Assembly: GCA_028714855.1 (NCBI GenBank)
Contig: JAQTLP010000012.1
Coordinates: forward strand, 1 to 46,893
Direction of reading: 5' to 3'
Source: Phycisphaerae bacterium
GTDB taxonomy: Bacteria; Planctomycetota; Phycisphaerae; Sedimentisphaerales; Anaerobacaceae
DNA: 46,893 nt
Shown: piece after piece, positions 17,798 to 27,827 of the stretch
How positions within the stretch are numbered: position 1 is the stretch's first letter
Layout of the letters: each line of letters begins with the position of its first letter
The notes under the pieces: model-generated
Databases searched by the model: none
Told to the model about the DNA's origin: nothing
The model's input: the letters and a program-made list of their open reading frames with translations, nothing else
Translations under genes and position numbers: made by a program

Positions 17798-18484
17798 ATG
17801 AGAAATGTTTTGATAAAGATTTTCATTTTAATATGCCTGATATTTTTCAGCACGGCAGTTTACGCCGTTGAAAGCTCTGTTGTCCCTGAAAGCGTTAAAG
17901 ACTTTATTGACAGCATACACAATTCGCCGGTAATTCTTATCACCAATCAGAACGGCTGGCAGGTTCTCGACACTACGACTTCGGCTGGTTTAGAGCCGAA
18001 TGATTTGACTGCCGCAACAGGCACGGGCGGATATGGCGGCAGGACTTATTTAAGCGTTGTCAATGATGCCAATACCGGCGCAGCAGAAGTAAACAGCGTG
18101 ATAATCCCCTGCACTTGGAACGGCGCAAGAATACGATGCGTAGGCATAACGGCAGACCTGACCGTTACTTATCAGGTGTACGGCGGAAGTTTGCCCGTTC
18201 TTGCCGGTGGGAAGGTGGATACTACCGCAAATTGCGCACTTGATTATTACGGCCAGCTTGTATTTACAGTGGGTACACAATTATCAGATATAGCGACTTA
18301 TTATTTTGCAGACCAGATTACTATTACTGACACCAATAGAGACCATACCGCAAGCTGGACGGTAACATCGTCCGATGATAACAGGATTGCAGAATGCAGG
18401 ATAGACTTGTTAGGCGATAATGTACTTGTTCTTGTACCTACTATTTGTAATGTGAACTGTAAATTGCTCGGCAAAGGTTGCTAA
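17798..18484 (+). CDS. Secreted/exported protein, 228 aa (signal peptide MRNVLIKIFILICLIFFSTAVYAV)
   Basis: Classical N-terminal signal; RBS AAAGGAG. Confidence 0.55.
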   Translation: MRNVLIKIFILICLIFFSTAVYAVESSVVPESVKDFIDSIHNSPVILITNQNGWQVLDTTTSAGLEPNDLTAATGTGGYGGRTYLSVVNDANTGAAEVNSVIIPCTWNGARIRCVGITADLTVTYQVYGGSLPVLAGGKVDTTANCALDYYGQLVFTVGTQLSDIATYYFADQITITDTNRDHTASWTVTSSDDNRIAECRIDLLGDNVLVLVPTICNVNCKLLGKGC

Positions 18485-18495
18485 AGGAGATACAT

Positions 18496-19650
18496 ATGAC
18501 AGTTGCCTCGTCCGAATCAATCAGGGAATCATTTGCCTGCGGAACTGGAATAACTACGTTTCTGTTTACTATGCCCTGTTACTCGGCAAGTGATATTGAG
18601 GTGAGAAAACGGCTTATTTCCACCGGAGCAGAAACGACCCTTGCCGAAACTACGGATTACACCATAGCCGCCACCGGCGGGGACTATCTTAACGGCGGCA
18701 CGGTAACTATTCTTGTCGAACTGGCAAACACCTATGAAATCCATATAGTGCGCAAGTTAGTCAAGACGCAGGAGCTTGCAACGGCCTCAGTTACGCATAT
18801 TGCACTTGCCGCTTCCCTCGATAAGTTGACAAGGATTGTTCAGGACTTGCAGGAACGGTTGGACAGGGCAGTCCATCTTAAAAATACCGATGATGTTACC
18901 ACGCTTGAATTGCCTACCGATAGAAACAGTAAATACGCCGCCTTCGATTCAAGTGGAAATATCATAGCTTCTGCCGGGCCGGTAGGTGATAGCGAGATAC
19001 CTGTTAGCTCTTTTATGGAAGATGCTTTGAGTGCTGCCAATGCCGCCGCTTTCATTGCGGCATTAAGTTTGGGAACAGCTTCACTTCTGGCATCTGACAC
19101 CGATGGCACACTTGCGGCAAATTCTGATAGCTCAATAGCTACCCAAAAAGCGGTAAAAACTTATGTTGATACCTTGTCGGCCTTGTGCGCTAAACTTGCA
19201 GGTAATCAGACAATAGCCGGAGTTAAAACATTTTCTTCTTTTCCGGTAACGCCTTCTTCCGCGCCGACAACTGATTATCAGGTTGCCAATAAGAAATACG
19301 CCGATGATGCGGTAGCTACCGGAAGTACATTTACCGCCTATACCACTAAAGACTCAAACAACGATGATATGGTTGCTTCGCACGCCTACAAAGCGACTAT
19401 AAACGGTTTTGTATATGCAGAGGCCGGATTGACCGCCGCACAGACCCTTTACGGCTATGTAGGAACGACTAACGACCCTTATGGGGCAGGTGTCAGGGTA
19501 GGTTATCAGCTTGCGGCAACATCATCGGGCGGAAGTATCGCCTTTGAAGTTGCCATAGATGAATATTTTGAAATAAGAACGACCGGAAGCTCATTAGTGA
19601 TTAGATTTAAAGGCAGAGGAACTTTAGGCAATCCCGTTGACCAAGACTAA
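18496..19650 (+). CDS. Tail fiber-like protein, 385 aa (the ORF-track start at 18478 is TTG; ATG 18496 has an AAGGAG RBS)
   Basis: SSIATQKAVKTYVD resembles the conserved tail-fiber N-terminal motif; Ala/Thr/Ser/Gly-rich. Confidence 0.5.
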   Translation: MTVASSESIRESFACGTGITTFLFTMPCYSASDIEVRKRLISTGAETTLAETTDYTIAATGGDYLNGGTVTILVELANTYEIHIVRKLVKTQELATASVTHIALAASLDKLTRIVQDLQERLDRAVHLKNTDDVTTLELPTDRNSKYAAFDSSGNIIASAGPVGDSEIPVSSFMEDALSAANAAAFIAALSLGTASLLASDTDGTLAANSDSSIATQKAVKTYVDTLSALCAKLAGNQTIAGVKTFSSFPVTPSSAPTTDYQVANKKYADDAVATGSTFTAYTTKDSNNDDMVASHAYKATINGFVYAEAGLTAAQTLYGYVGTTNDPYGAGVRVGYQLAATSSGGSIAFEVAIDEYFEIRTTGSSLVIRFKGRGTLGNPVDQD

Positions 19651-19661
19651 ATAAATAGAAT

Positions 19662-21935
19662 ATGAAAATATCCCCGACAATAACGTCTTTTAATACCGGC
19701 AGGGCGACACCGTTGCTCGATGCGAGAAGTGATTTTCAGAGGTATAAGGCCGCAAGCCGAACATTCAGAAATATATTCACGACCCCGCAAGGCCCGTTCA
19801 CAAGAAGGCCGGGTACTAAATATATCTCATCTACCAAAGATTCCACATACGCAGCCAGACTAATAACTTTCGAGTATTCTACTTCTGATTTTTATGTAAT
19901 AGAAGTCGGCAATCTTTATATGCGTTTTTACCGTAACGGCGCACAGATACTTTCAGGTGCTTCGGCATACGAAATAGTAACGCCTTTTACGACCGCAGAC
20001 CTGCCGTATATTCAATATTCTCAATCTGATAATGTGATGTACCTTGTAGATGGTTCGCACTGGCCGCAAAAACTAACAAGGGTAATGCACGATAACTGGA
20101 CTATTGACGATGCTAATATAATCAATGGCCCGTTTATGAAGGAAAATACAGAGGACATAACTATAACACCTTCCGCGATAACAGGGGCGATAACGCTTGC
20201 GGCAAGTGCGGCGGTATTCAATCCAAGCCACGAGGATTGTCTTTTCGAGATAAATCAGCCCAGAGGCACACCCGTATTAAGCGGCAGTCTGGGCAGTAAT
20301 GCCAATTCGTCAAGCTCGGAGTATTTTACAGGCGGGTACGGATTTACAACGGCCGGAACGTGGGACGCTACTGTAACACTTGAAAGAAGCGAGGACAGTG
20401 GTTCAACGTGGAATCCCGCACTTGCACCGTTAAGCTCAGCTAATTTTGATAACCCATCTGAAGAAGAAGAAACAGGTGCTATCTACCGGATAAAAATGAC
20501 AAATTGGGTTAGCGGTACTTGCACTTATAAATTGATTATCGCAGACCCGTTAAATCATGGTGTTGTGAGGATAACACACGTTTCGGATTCACAGAACGCA
20601 ACGGCTACGGTCATTGCTTCGCTGGTAGATACCGTTGCCACAAGAAGGTGGAGAGAGGGTTACTGGTCTGATTACAGGGGCTATCCTCAAACAGTGGAAT
20701 TTCATCAGCAAAGACTTATTTTCGCCTGTTCGGATAACTATCCTCAAACAATATGGTTCGGCAGGGCAGACCCCGATAATTACGAAAGTTTCTTCGAGGG
20801 TACTTATGACAATTCGGCCTTTACCGTAGCACTTGAAGGACAGAACCCTATACACTGGATTCTTTCACAGGATTATCTTGTTATCGGGACAAGTAACTCC
20901 GTTGGCAAATACGGCGAGCAGGGCAAGCCGATTACTCCTACAAGTCCTAAATATTCGATACAAACAAGAATCGGCTCGACCGCTTTAAGGGCTGTCTATG
21001 CCGAGGAATCTATTTTGTACGCCGAAAGGGGCGGTAAAAAGATAAGGGAATTTACTTATGTTGCGCCGGAAGACAGGGTGCTTTTAAGTGAATCTGATTT
21101 GACCGTTCTTTCAGAGGACATTTTAAGGGAAGGGGGCGGCGTAGAAGATATGCTGTTCCAGAACAGGCCGAACCCTCTTTTATGGTGTATTCTTAATGAT
21201 GGTACTATTGCAGTCTTAACATATCAGAAAAAGCAGGAAGTTATCGCGTGGGCGACACTCGATAGCACAGGCGGGGAATTTCAATACTTTACCAAAGTCC
21301 CTTCAGAAGATGAAGATGAGATTTGGGCTGTTGTCAAACGCAATGTAGATGGTTCTGATGTGTATTACATCGAGCAGTTTCAGCCGATAAACTGGGGTTC
21401 TGACGATGATGATTGCTGGTTTGTGGACTCCGGTCTGTCTTATGACGGCGCACTGGCAAATGTATTTTCAGGACTCGACCATTTAGAGGGTAAAACAGTA
21501 TCAGTTTACGCCGATGGTATTGTTTGTGATAACGTAGTGGTTGATAGCGGCTCGGTAACAATCAATAACGCCGCAAGCAAGGCAATCATCGGCCTGCCTA
21601 TTACTTGGGAATATGAGTCTATGCCTCTTGTCGCCCACCCTATGGACAAGGACATGAGCAAAAAGATAATGGCCATTGATTTTGACTTCTACAAAACAGG
21701 GTATTGTAAATACGGTAATGGTGAGCATGACACTGAGCTTAAGGAAATAAATTTCTTCCCGACTTCACCTACACTTTCGGCGCAGGAATTATACACAAGT
21801 GAATATTCTGTTTTCAGGGTTGCTTATCCCTATGGAAGTATGGGCAAGCAGACGATTTATTTAACGGGTGATAAACCACTGCCGATTACCGTGCGTTCTA
21901 TTACGCCGGTTTATGAGGTAACCCCAATAGGGTAA
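19662..21935 (+). CDS. Tail tubular protein B-like / nozzle protein, 757 aa (assigned by synteny and size)
   Basis: Large ORF between the tubular A-like gene and the internal virion protein genes. Confidence 0.4.
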   Translation: MKISPTITSFNTGRATPLLDARSDFQRYKAASRTFRNIFTTPQGPFTRRPGTKYISSTKDSTYAARLITFEYSTSDFYVIEVGNLYMRFYRNGAQILSGASAYEIVTPFTTADLPYIQYSQSDNVMYLVDGSHWPQKLTRVMHDNWTIDDANIINGPFMKENTEDITITPSAITGAITLAASAAVFNPSHEDCLFEINQPRGTPVLSGSLGSNANSSSSEYFTGGYGFTTAGTWDATVTLERSEDSGSTWNPALAPLSSANFDNPSEEEETGAIYRIKMTNWVSGTCTYKLIIADPLNHGVVRITHVSDSQNATATVIASLVDTVATRRWREGYWSDYRGYPQTVEFHQQRLIFACSDNYPQTIWFGRADPDNYESFFEGTYDNSAFTVALEGQNPIHWILSQDYLVIGTSNSVGKYGEQGKPITPTSPKYSIQTRIGSTALRAVYAEESILYAERGGKKIREFTYVAPEDRVLLSESDLTVLSEDILREGGGVEDMLFQNRPNPLLWCILNDGTIAVLTYQKKQEVIAWATLDSTGGEFQYFTKVPSEDEDEIWAVVKRNVDGSDVYYIEQFQPINWGSDDDDCWFVDSGLSYDGALANVFSGLDHLEGKTVSVYADGIVCDNVVVDSGSVTINNAASKAIIGLPITWEYESMPLVAHPMDKDMSKKIMAIDFDFYKTGYCKYGNGEHDTELKEINFFPTSPTLSAQELYTSEYSVFRVAYPYGSMGKQTIYLTGDKPLPITVRSITPVYEVTPIG

Positions 21936-21938
21936 TAA

Positions 21939-22412
21939 ATGATAACTACTAAGGCAATGACTGTTGACGATTTTGTAACAATTATGATGCAGAATCTATC
22001 TGTTTATCCCGAATTGCCGGTACTATCCGAAGAACAGAAACAGCAGGGTTTGACCGATGAGCAGAAAAATTCGATACTTGACGCACAACTGCGCCTCATG
22101 GCTCATCTTAATATCTGTACGGGTACGGCCTTAAGTTACTTTGATAGTAATAAAAATAATGAATTAGTCGGTGTGGGCGGGATAAGATATACAGGAATAG
22201 GGGAAATCTGGATGATTACTCCGCCCGAAATAAGACAAGAACGAAAACTATCCCTTTTAAAAGAAGCTAAAAGCACCTTTGAAAAACAACGGGACGAACT
22301 TAGTTTATGGCGGGTATTTTCAGAAACGGGATTGAGCGAAAACTTCGTAAGGCACTTAGGATTTACAGACCCGCAAAGTAAAGTTTTATCGTGGGACAGG
22401 AAGGTAATTTAA
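21939..22412 (+). CDS. Hypothetical virion-module protein, 157 aa
   Basis: ORF; RBS AGGGT. Confidence 0.45.
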   Translation: MITTKAMTVDDFVTIMMQNLSVYPELPVLSEEQKQQGLTDEQKNSILDAQLRLMAHLNICTGTALSYFDSNKNNELVGVGGIRYTGIGEIWMITPPEIRQERKLSLLKEAKSTFEKQRDELSLWRVFSETGLSENFVRHLGFTDPQSKVLSWDRKVI

Positions 22413-22413
22413 T

Positions 22414-23007
22414 ATGGGCGAAGCGTTGCTACCTCTTGCAGTCGGCGGTATGATAACAGGCACGGCTATGAGTTTTATCGGCCAGCGTCAGGAAGGCAAA
22501 GAGGCACAAAAGATAGCCAATGCACGCGCTTTAATCGACCTTGACAACGCTAAAATGGCGGAGGAAAACGCCCGCATAGCAAGAGAGCGGGCGAATGAGG
22601 CGGCACTTGTTCAGGCCGAACAGGGACGCAGATTCAAGAACACCCAAAAATCAATATTTGCGGCAGGCAATATAAAACTTAATATAGGCACTCCGCTTGT
22701 CGTAGAGGCACAAACAAACGCCGCAATAGCCAAAGACATAGGATTTACTCTCGAAGAAGGTGAAACAGAAGCTAATTTTTATAACAGACAGGCGGGCGCA
22801 TTCAGGGCGTCAGCAGACATTGAAAGAAGAATGGGCAAATCGGCACGGAAAAATGCCAACTGGTCTTCGTGGGCTTCGCTAATGCAGGGCGGGGGAAGTC
22901 TTGCAATGTTGGGTTATTCTGCTATGCCAAAGAAAATGCCGACAACTGCTTCACCATCTATGTATAAATCGGCCAATTCAGCCAATTTATGGTTAAATGA
23001 GCCATAG
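22414..23007 (+). CDS. Internal virion protein (gp14-like), 197 aa, with a hydrophobic N-terminus
   Basis: MGEALLPLAVGGMITGTAMSFIG; RBS AGGAAGGT; synteny. Confidence 0.45.
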   Translation: MGEALLPLAVGGMITGTAMSFIGQRQEGKEAQKIANARALIDLDNAKMAEENARIARERANEAALVQAEQGRRFKNTQKSIFAAGNIKLNIGTPLVVEAQTNAAIAKDIGFTLEEGETEANFYNRQAGAFRASADIERRMGKSARKNANWSSWASLMQGGGSLAMLGYSAMPKKMPTTASPSMYKSANSANLWLNEP

Positions 23008-24601
23008 AAAAGATAATGTATTAAGGTTAAAAATGCAAATACCTCTTTATACACAACAACAGTTACCGCCGAGTCCAAGAGAACAGCCGTCTATGCCTAA
23101 ACCGCCTTATTCACTTGCCGATAAGAGCGGCCTGATAGCTTTTGGCAATGCAACGGCTGGTGTCAATATGGAGCTAATGGGTAAAATCATCGAGAGCCAG
23201 AGGGATACCCAACTGGCCGCCGCCGATGTTGCCGTTGACAGCCAGTTAACAGTATATTCAAAAAAGGTACAGGAAAGCGGAATTCCTGATTTAGATGGCA
23301 AGATTTTCGATGAAATGTTCGGCGATAATTTCAAAAACACCACGATGAAGGGAATGAATAGTGCGGCTGCCGATATTTTTAATAATAGATTTGATACCGT
23401 TAAAAGCAATCTTAAAATCCACGCCGTAAATCAGGCAATGGTTCAGTCGGCACAGCAGGACGAAGCGGCATTAAAAGCGGGACTGGAATATTGGGGCAAC
23501 AGATGGGCAAATTCAACCGATGAAATAGAATTTAAGAATTACGAATCGCAGATAGATACGCTGATAGCGCACGGCAAAGACAAGAAACTGGCCGGTCTTA
23601 ATATTCCCGAAATGGAATTGCAGATTAAAGAAGAAATCAAAGGCAAGGCGCAGAAGGCGTTTTACGAAAGAGGTGTTGAAAATATCAGAGGTCAAACACA
23701 GTCAATTATTGACGATGCAGTGGTAAATGGCAAAGACGTTGCCGAGGCAAAAAAAGTTGCACAAAAGTTAATTCTCGATGCTAAAACGTCTGGCATTTTG
23801 ACCCCCAAAGATACAGGTTCATTGAATAGCAATCTTAACGACTACACAGCCGGTAAAATAAAACAAGACAAAGACAATAAATACGCTATCGATGTAAAAG
23901 CCACGCAGGATTTGACCCACAATCTAATAAAAGGTGTTGTAACTCCAAACGAAGTCGAATCACTTAATCTTAATAAGGAAATGAAAGCTAAATGGCTTGG
24001 CGGAGACGATAACGAAGGATATTTGCAAAATTCCTACAAACCCGTACCTGAATCAACAACTCCGAAGGGATTTAAGGTTGTTAAAGATACCATTATTAAC
24101 GCGGCGGAGCAGAAAATATCTACTCTCAATGCTTATGATGCACTTTTACAGGCAAGATATATTGACAGAAGCATTACCGATGAGGATTTTAAGTGGGCAG
24201 TTAACAGATTAGACAATCCTTACCCTAAATCTCTTGCGGATATGCTCGATGGCGCAATGGCCGAACACAAAGAGGACATTCAATCCAAGTGGTTTAGCTG
24301 GCACGATGACGAGGACGTTAAAAATATAAATATTCAATTATTTAATTTTGTAGATGATGAGCTTGCCAAAAATCCCAATAAGACGTTCACTCCTAAAGAA
24401 CTTTACGAAATGAAGGCACAAATAGGCGTTACCAATGCCAAACCGAAAGATGTTCGTATGCAGTCAGCACCCGCAATAGAGCTTGATATTTACTGGAAAA
24501 ATCTTGACGAAGACAGCAAAAGACAACTTTGGCGGATATACGAAGACCCTGAAAAAATGAAGATAGCATTGAAAAGACTGAAGGAAAAATTTCCGGAATA
24601 A
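22997..24601 (+). CDS. Internal virion protein (gp15-like), 534 aa (alternative start ATG 23033 with AAGG RBS)
   Basis: Large ORF in the podovirus internal-core position. Confidence 0.45.
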   Translation: MSHRKDNVLRLKMQIPLYTQQQLPPSPREQPSMPKPPYSLADKSGLIAFGNATAGVNMELMGKIIESQRDTQLAAADVAVDSQLTVYSKKVQESGIPDLDGKIFDEMFGDNFKNTTMKGMNSAAADIFNNRFDTVKSNLKIHAVNQAMVQSAQQDEAALKAGLEYWGNRWANSTDEIEFKNYESQIDTLIAHGKDKKLAGLNIPEMELQIKEEIKGKAQKAFYERGVENIRGQTQSIIDDAVVNGKDVAEAKKVAQKLILDAKTSGILTPKDTGSLNSNLNDYTAGKIKQDKDNKYAIDVKATQDLTHNLIKGVVTPNEVESLNLNKEMKAKWLGGDDNEGYLQNSYKPVPESTTPKGFKVVKDTIINAAEQKISTLNAYDALLQARYIDRSITDEDFKWAVNRLDNPYPKSLADMLDGAMAEHKEDIQSKWFSWHDDEDVKNINIQLFNFVDDELAKNPNKTFTPKELYEMKAQIGVTNAKPKDVRMQSAPAIELDIYWKNLDEDSKRQLWRIYEDPEKMKIALKRLKEKFPE

Positions 24602-24616
24602 AGATAGGTTTAAAAG

Positions 24617-27600
24617 ATGGGTTTATTTGACGATTTAGCCGGTTCTAATACTTCGGTTTTGGAAAAACCGCAGGGACAGTTTGTTGGTATGTTCGGCGAT
24701 TTAGAGGAACAGGCCGAAACGGAAATAGTGCCTAAGTCGTTTGAAATAAAACTGCCCGAATCGAACTGGACGCCGCAGCAGGTTGCCGAAAAAGCCAAAA
24801 AGATTTTTGGTGAATCTATACAGCTGGAAGCACCGATAGAATTAGTGGAATTGGCCGATAATAAATATGCCAGCGAGGGGTTTAATTTTTCCGACATTTT
24901 AAGCAGTGCGACAATGACTGCTTATGAAAAACCAACAACTGAAAAAGAACGGGTGCAATTTCATCTTGATTATATCAAGGGCATGAACGATTCTGAACGC
25001 TCTGAATTTATCAAGTGGACAAGACTCGGTAACGTATTCGGTGTTTTCCCTTATTTGAGCAGAAAAGGCGTTCTCAAAAAGATAGGCATAGAAGATGATG
25101 CAGGGGATATTCGCGCTGCAAGTGAAGCGCAGGACATTTATCTTTCACAGTTAAAATTATCCGACCCAGATAAGTGGCGGGGCATAATAGCAGACACCGG
25201 CAGGACTTTGCTTGAATTTGGCCTGATACCGGGCAAAGCCGAAACAATATCCGGAACGGCCTTGAAATTCGCCGAACAGTCTTTACTTCAACTGCCGTCA
25301 AGGGAAATGACGTGGGGGCAGTTAGCGGAACAAAAAGCTAAAGAGGCAGGCAAATCGGCGATAGTTGGCGCGGCCGTTGGTGCGGCGGGTAAATATATCA
25401 AAAATCCATTTTGGGGTTTGGCTGAAAAGGGTGTTGGTAAATATCTACCGGGGCGTATCCCTCTTGTTACTGGTGGCTTTATGGGCTTGACTGCCTTAGA
25501 AGGTGGTACGCGAGAGCAGATAATCGAATCTGGAATCACTATTCTTGGTTTTGAGGCATGGAATATGGCTACTAAGGGATTTTTCCCTGAAGCGGCACGA
25601 AAAGCTAAAGAATTTAATCCAGAACTTAATAAAGTAGCTGATACCGACTTAACAAAGGTTATAGAACAAACCGTAGCAGAAACTAAAGTTTGGGGTTCCG
25701 ATAATAAAGTCGTTACCCTTGATGAATATAATCAAATTAAGGCAAGACGCACCACACAACCCATAGAACCCGCTAAACCCCCTGCCACAGGGGTTATTTC
25801 ATCGCAGGAAGCAAAAATTCCTGCCGAACCTGCCGTAACTACCCCCGAAACGATTGTAGGGCAACCTGAAGTGAAGGGGCAGGGAGAAATAGTAAATATA
25901 CCAGAACCAACCCCCTTGACACAACCAGTTTTTGATACAAGTAAAGTACCTATTTCTGAAGTGTCTGTTGATAAATTAAAACTTTCAAAAGACATACCGA
26001 ACTTCAAAGAATCTGCAAGCTCTGTAACTGGCGAGGTGCTTGGTGGCGAATTGCAGGGTAAGTATGAACGATTAGGAACTGGCCCGATTGTTGTTTGGGA
26101 ACGAGCAAGTGGCGGTTTAGAGGTTATTACGGGTCGTCATAGATGGCGACACGCAATAAGAACAGGTGAAAAAACCATACAGGCACAGATTGTTAAGGAA
26201 GCAGATGGATTTACTAAAGAAATGGCCTTGACAATCGATGCCGAATCTAATATAAGAGAGGGGCAAGGTGGAATAAAAGATTATGCTCAATACTTCAAAA
26301 ACACCGCCATTACCGAACAAGAAGCAAGAGAGAGAGGATTATTATCGCGCACTAAGGGCGAGGTCGGCTTCCGAATTGGTAAAGGTGCGGTCGATGATGT
26401 CTACGCCGCCTTTATCGGCGGAAAACTCAACGAATCAAAAGCCGCAGCAATAGCCAGAGGCGCACCAAATAACGAATCGGCACAACTGGCAGCAATGTCA
26501 GAAGCCGAAAATATGTCGCCGGAAGAACTTGAGCAATTTGCAAAGATACTTGCCAGAACCACACCCTCAGACAAACTAAAATCCACGCAGGGCAATCTAT
26601 TTGGTTATGATGATACATCAATCCGTGAAGCCAGAGCGGTTGCCAGAGAAGTTGGCAAAGAAGTAAAAAATATTAAAGATAGAATATTGTCTGTTAGAGG
26701 CGCGTTAAGAAGGCCGGACACTGCCCGTGAAATGGGATTAGAATTTTCCGATGAAGAAACTATCAAGAAAGAAGTTTCACGTCTTGAACAACGATTAGAT
26801 GAATTAAAACGAACATCAACAACACCCGAATTGTGGAACGAGATGAGAAGACGGGCTGGATTAATTACTGAGGAAGTATCAGAAAAAACAAGACAAACAG
26901 ATTTGCTTGGCCGTCCAATATTAGAAGGTGGAGCAACCGGAAAACAGGAGGAATTTCTTGACAAAGAAGAATATAAATTGCCAGAACCAGACATTGAAGG
27001 GCAAGGACGTCTTTATGGTGGCAGGCAAGCGGGTTCAACCATAATATTCGACCCACAGGAATGGTCGGATATGGTTAAAATAGGGACATTCCATCTCGAA
27101 GCAGGCGCAAGAAAATTTGAAGATTGGTCAACTAAAATGGTGGAGGACTTGGGAAAATCCATCGAACTTAACTTGCCTGATATTTGGAATGATATAAATA
27201 AACCCAAAACCATACCCGAAATCAAAGGGGAAGTCGGCGTTCAATACCCACAGATTCAAGGTGCAGGAGAGCTTAAACAAAGAGGACTTTCAAAGAGTAC
27301 CGAAGAAACGGCAGTAGCCAAACGAATTGAGTTACAAGCTGAACGTTGGCCGGGGTATAGGGTTTTAGATACGGAAAAACAGGCAAAAAAAGTCGTGGAT
27401 TTGATGAACTACGATTTGAAACGTGCCAAACGAATAGCAATGGGCATAGAAGAACCGCGTATTTCTGATGGGGTTTATCCCGAAGATGTTTATGCCGGAA
27501 TAGTCGAAAGAGCCACTAACGAAGGTGATAGTGAAACATTACGAGACTTAGCATTGACCAGCAGATTAAATTCGGTAGCTACGGAAATTGGCAGGAGAAT

Positions 27601-27820
27601 ACAAGCACTCGATACCGGACTCGATAAATCTGAAAGTCCCGTAGCGGCAATAAAGGACATAGTAGTTACTAAAGAAGAATCATTCAAATTACGGACTGGT
27701 AAGGAGGCGAAAGTTGCCAAAAAAGAAGGTGTTGATGAAATCAAAAAATCAATAACAAAAGAAAGCAAGACCAGAACCGTTAAGACGTGGGAAGATTTTA
27801 TAATTAGTATTCAATGTTAA
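24617..27820 (+). CDS. Large internal virion / ejection protein (gp16-like), 1067 aa, with an embedded ParB/Srx-like nuclease domain
   Basis: EVITGRHRWRHAIRTGEKTIQAQIV matches ParB box II (GERRWRAA...IPAIV), around 26080..26290. Confidence 0.55.
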   Translation: MGLFDDLAGSNTSVLEKPQGQFVGMFGDLEEQAETEIVPKSFEIKLPESNWTPQQVAEKAKKIFGESIQLEAPIELVELADNKYASEGFNFSDILSSATMTAYEKPTTEKERVQFHLDYIKGMNDSERSEFIKWTRLGNVFGVFPYLSRKGVLKKIGIEDDAGDIRAASEAQDIYLSQLKLSDPDKWRGIIADTGRTLLEFGLIPGKAETISGTALKFAEQSLLQLPSREMTWGQLAEQKAKEAGKSAIVGAAVGAAGKYIKNPFWGLAEKGVGKYLPGRIPLVTGGFMGLTALEGGTREQIIESGITILGFEAWNMATKGFFPEAARKAKEFNPELNKVADTDLTKVIEQTVAETKVWGSDNKVVTLDEYNQIKARRTTQPIEPAKPPATGVISSQEAKIPAEPAVTTPETIVGQPEVKGQGEIVNIPEPTPLTQPVFDTSKVPISEVSVDKLKLSKDIPNFKESASSVTGEVLGGELQGKYERLGTGPIVVWERASGGLEVITGRHRWRHAIRTGEKTIQAQIVKEADGFTKEMALTIDAESNIREGQGGIKDYAQYFKNTAITEQEARERGLLSRTKGEVGFRIGKGAVDDVYAAFIGGKLNESKAAAIARGAPNNESAQLAAMSEAENMSPEELEQFAKILARTTPSDKLKSTQGNLFGYDDTSIREARAVAREVGKEVKNIKDRILSVRGALRRPDTAREMGLEFSDEETIKKEVSRLEQRLDELKRTSTTPELWNEMRRRAGLITEEVSEKTRQTDLLGRPILEGGATGKQEEFLDKEEYKLPEPDIEGQGRLYGGRQAGSTIIFDPQEWSDMVKIGTFHLEAGARKFEDWSTKMVEDLGKSIELNLPDIWNDINKPKTIPEIKGEVGVQYPQIQGAGELKQRGLSKSTEETAVAKRIELQAERWPGYRVLDTEKQAKKVVDLMNYDLKRAKRIAMGIEEPRISDGVYPEDVYAGIVERATNEGDSETLRDLALTSRLNSVATEIGRRIQALDTGLDKSESPVAAIKDIVVTKEESFKLRTGKEAKVAKKEGVDEIKKSITKESKTRTVKTWEDFIISIQC

Positions 27821-27827
27821 AGTAATT

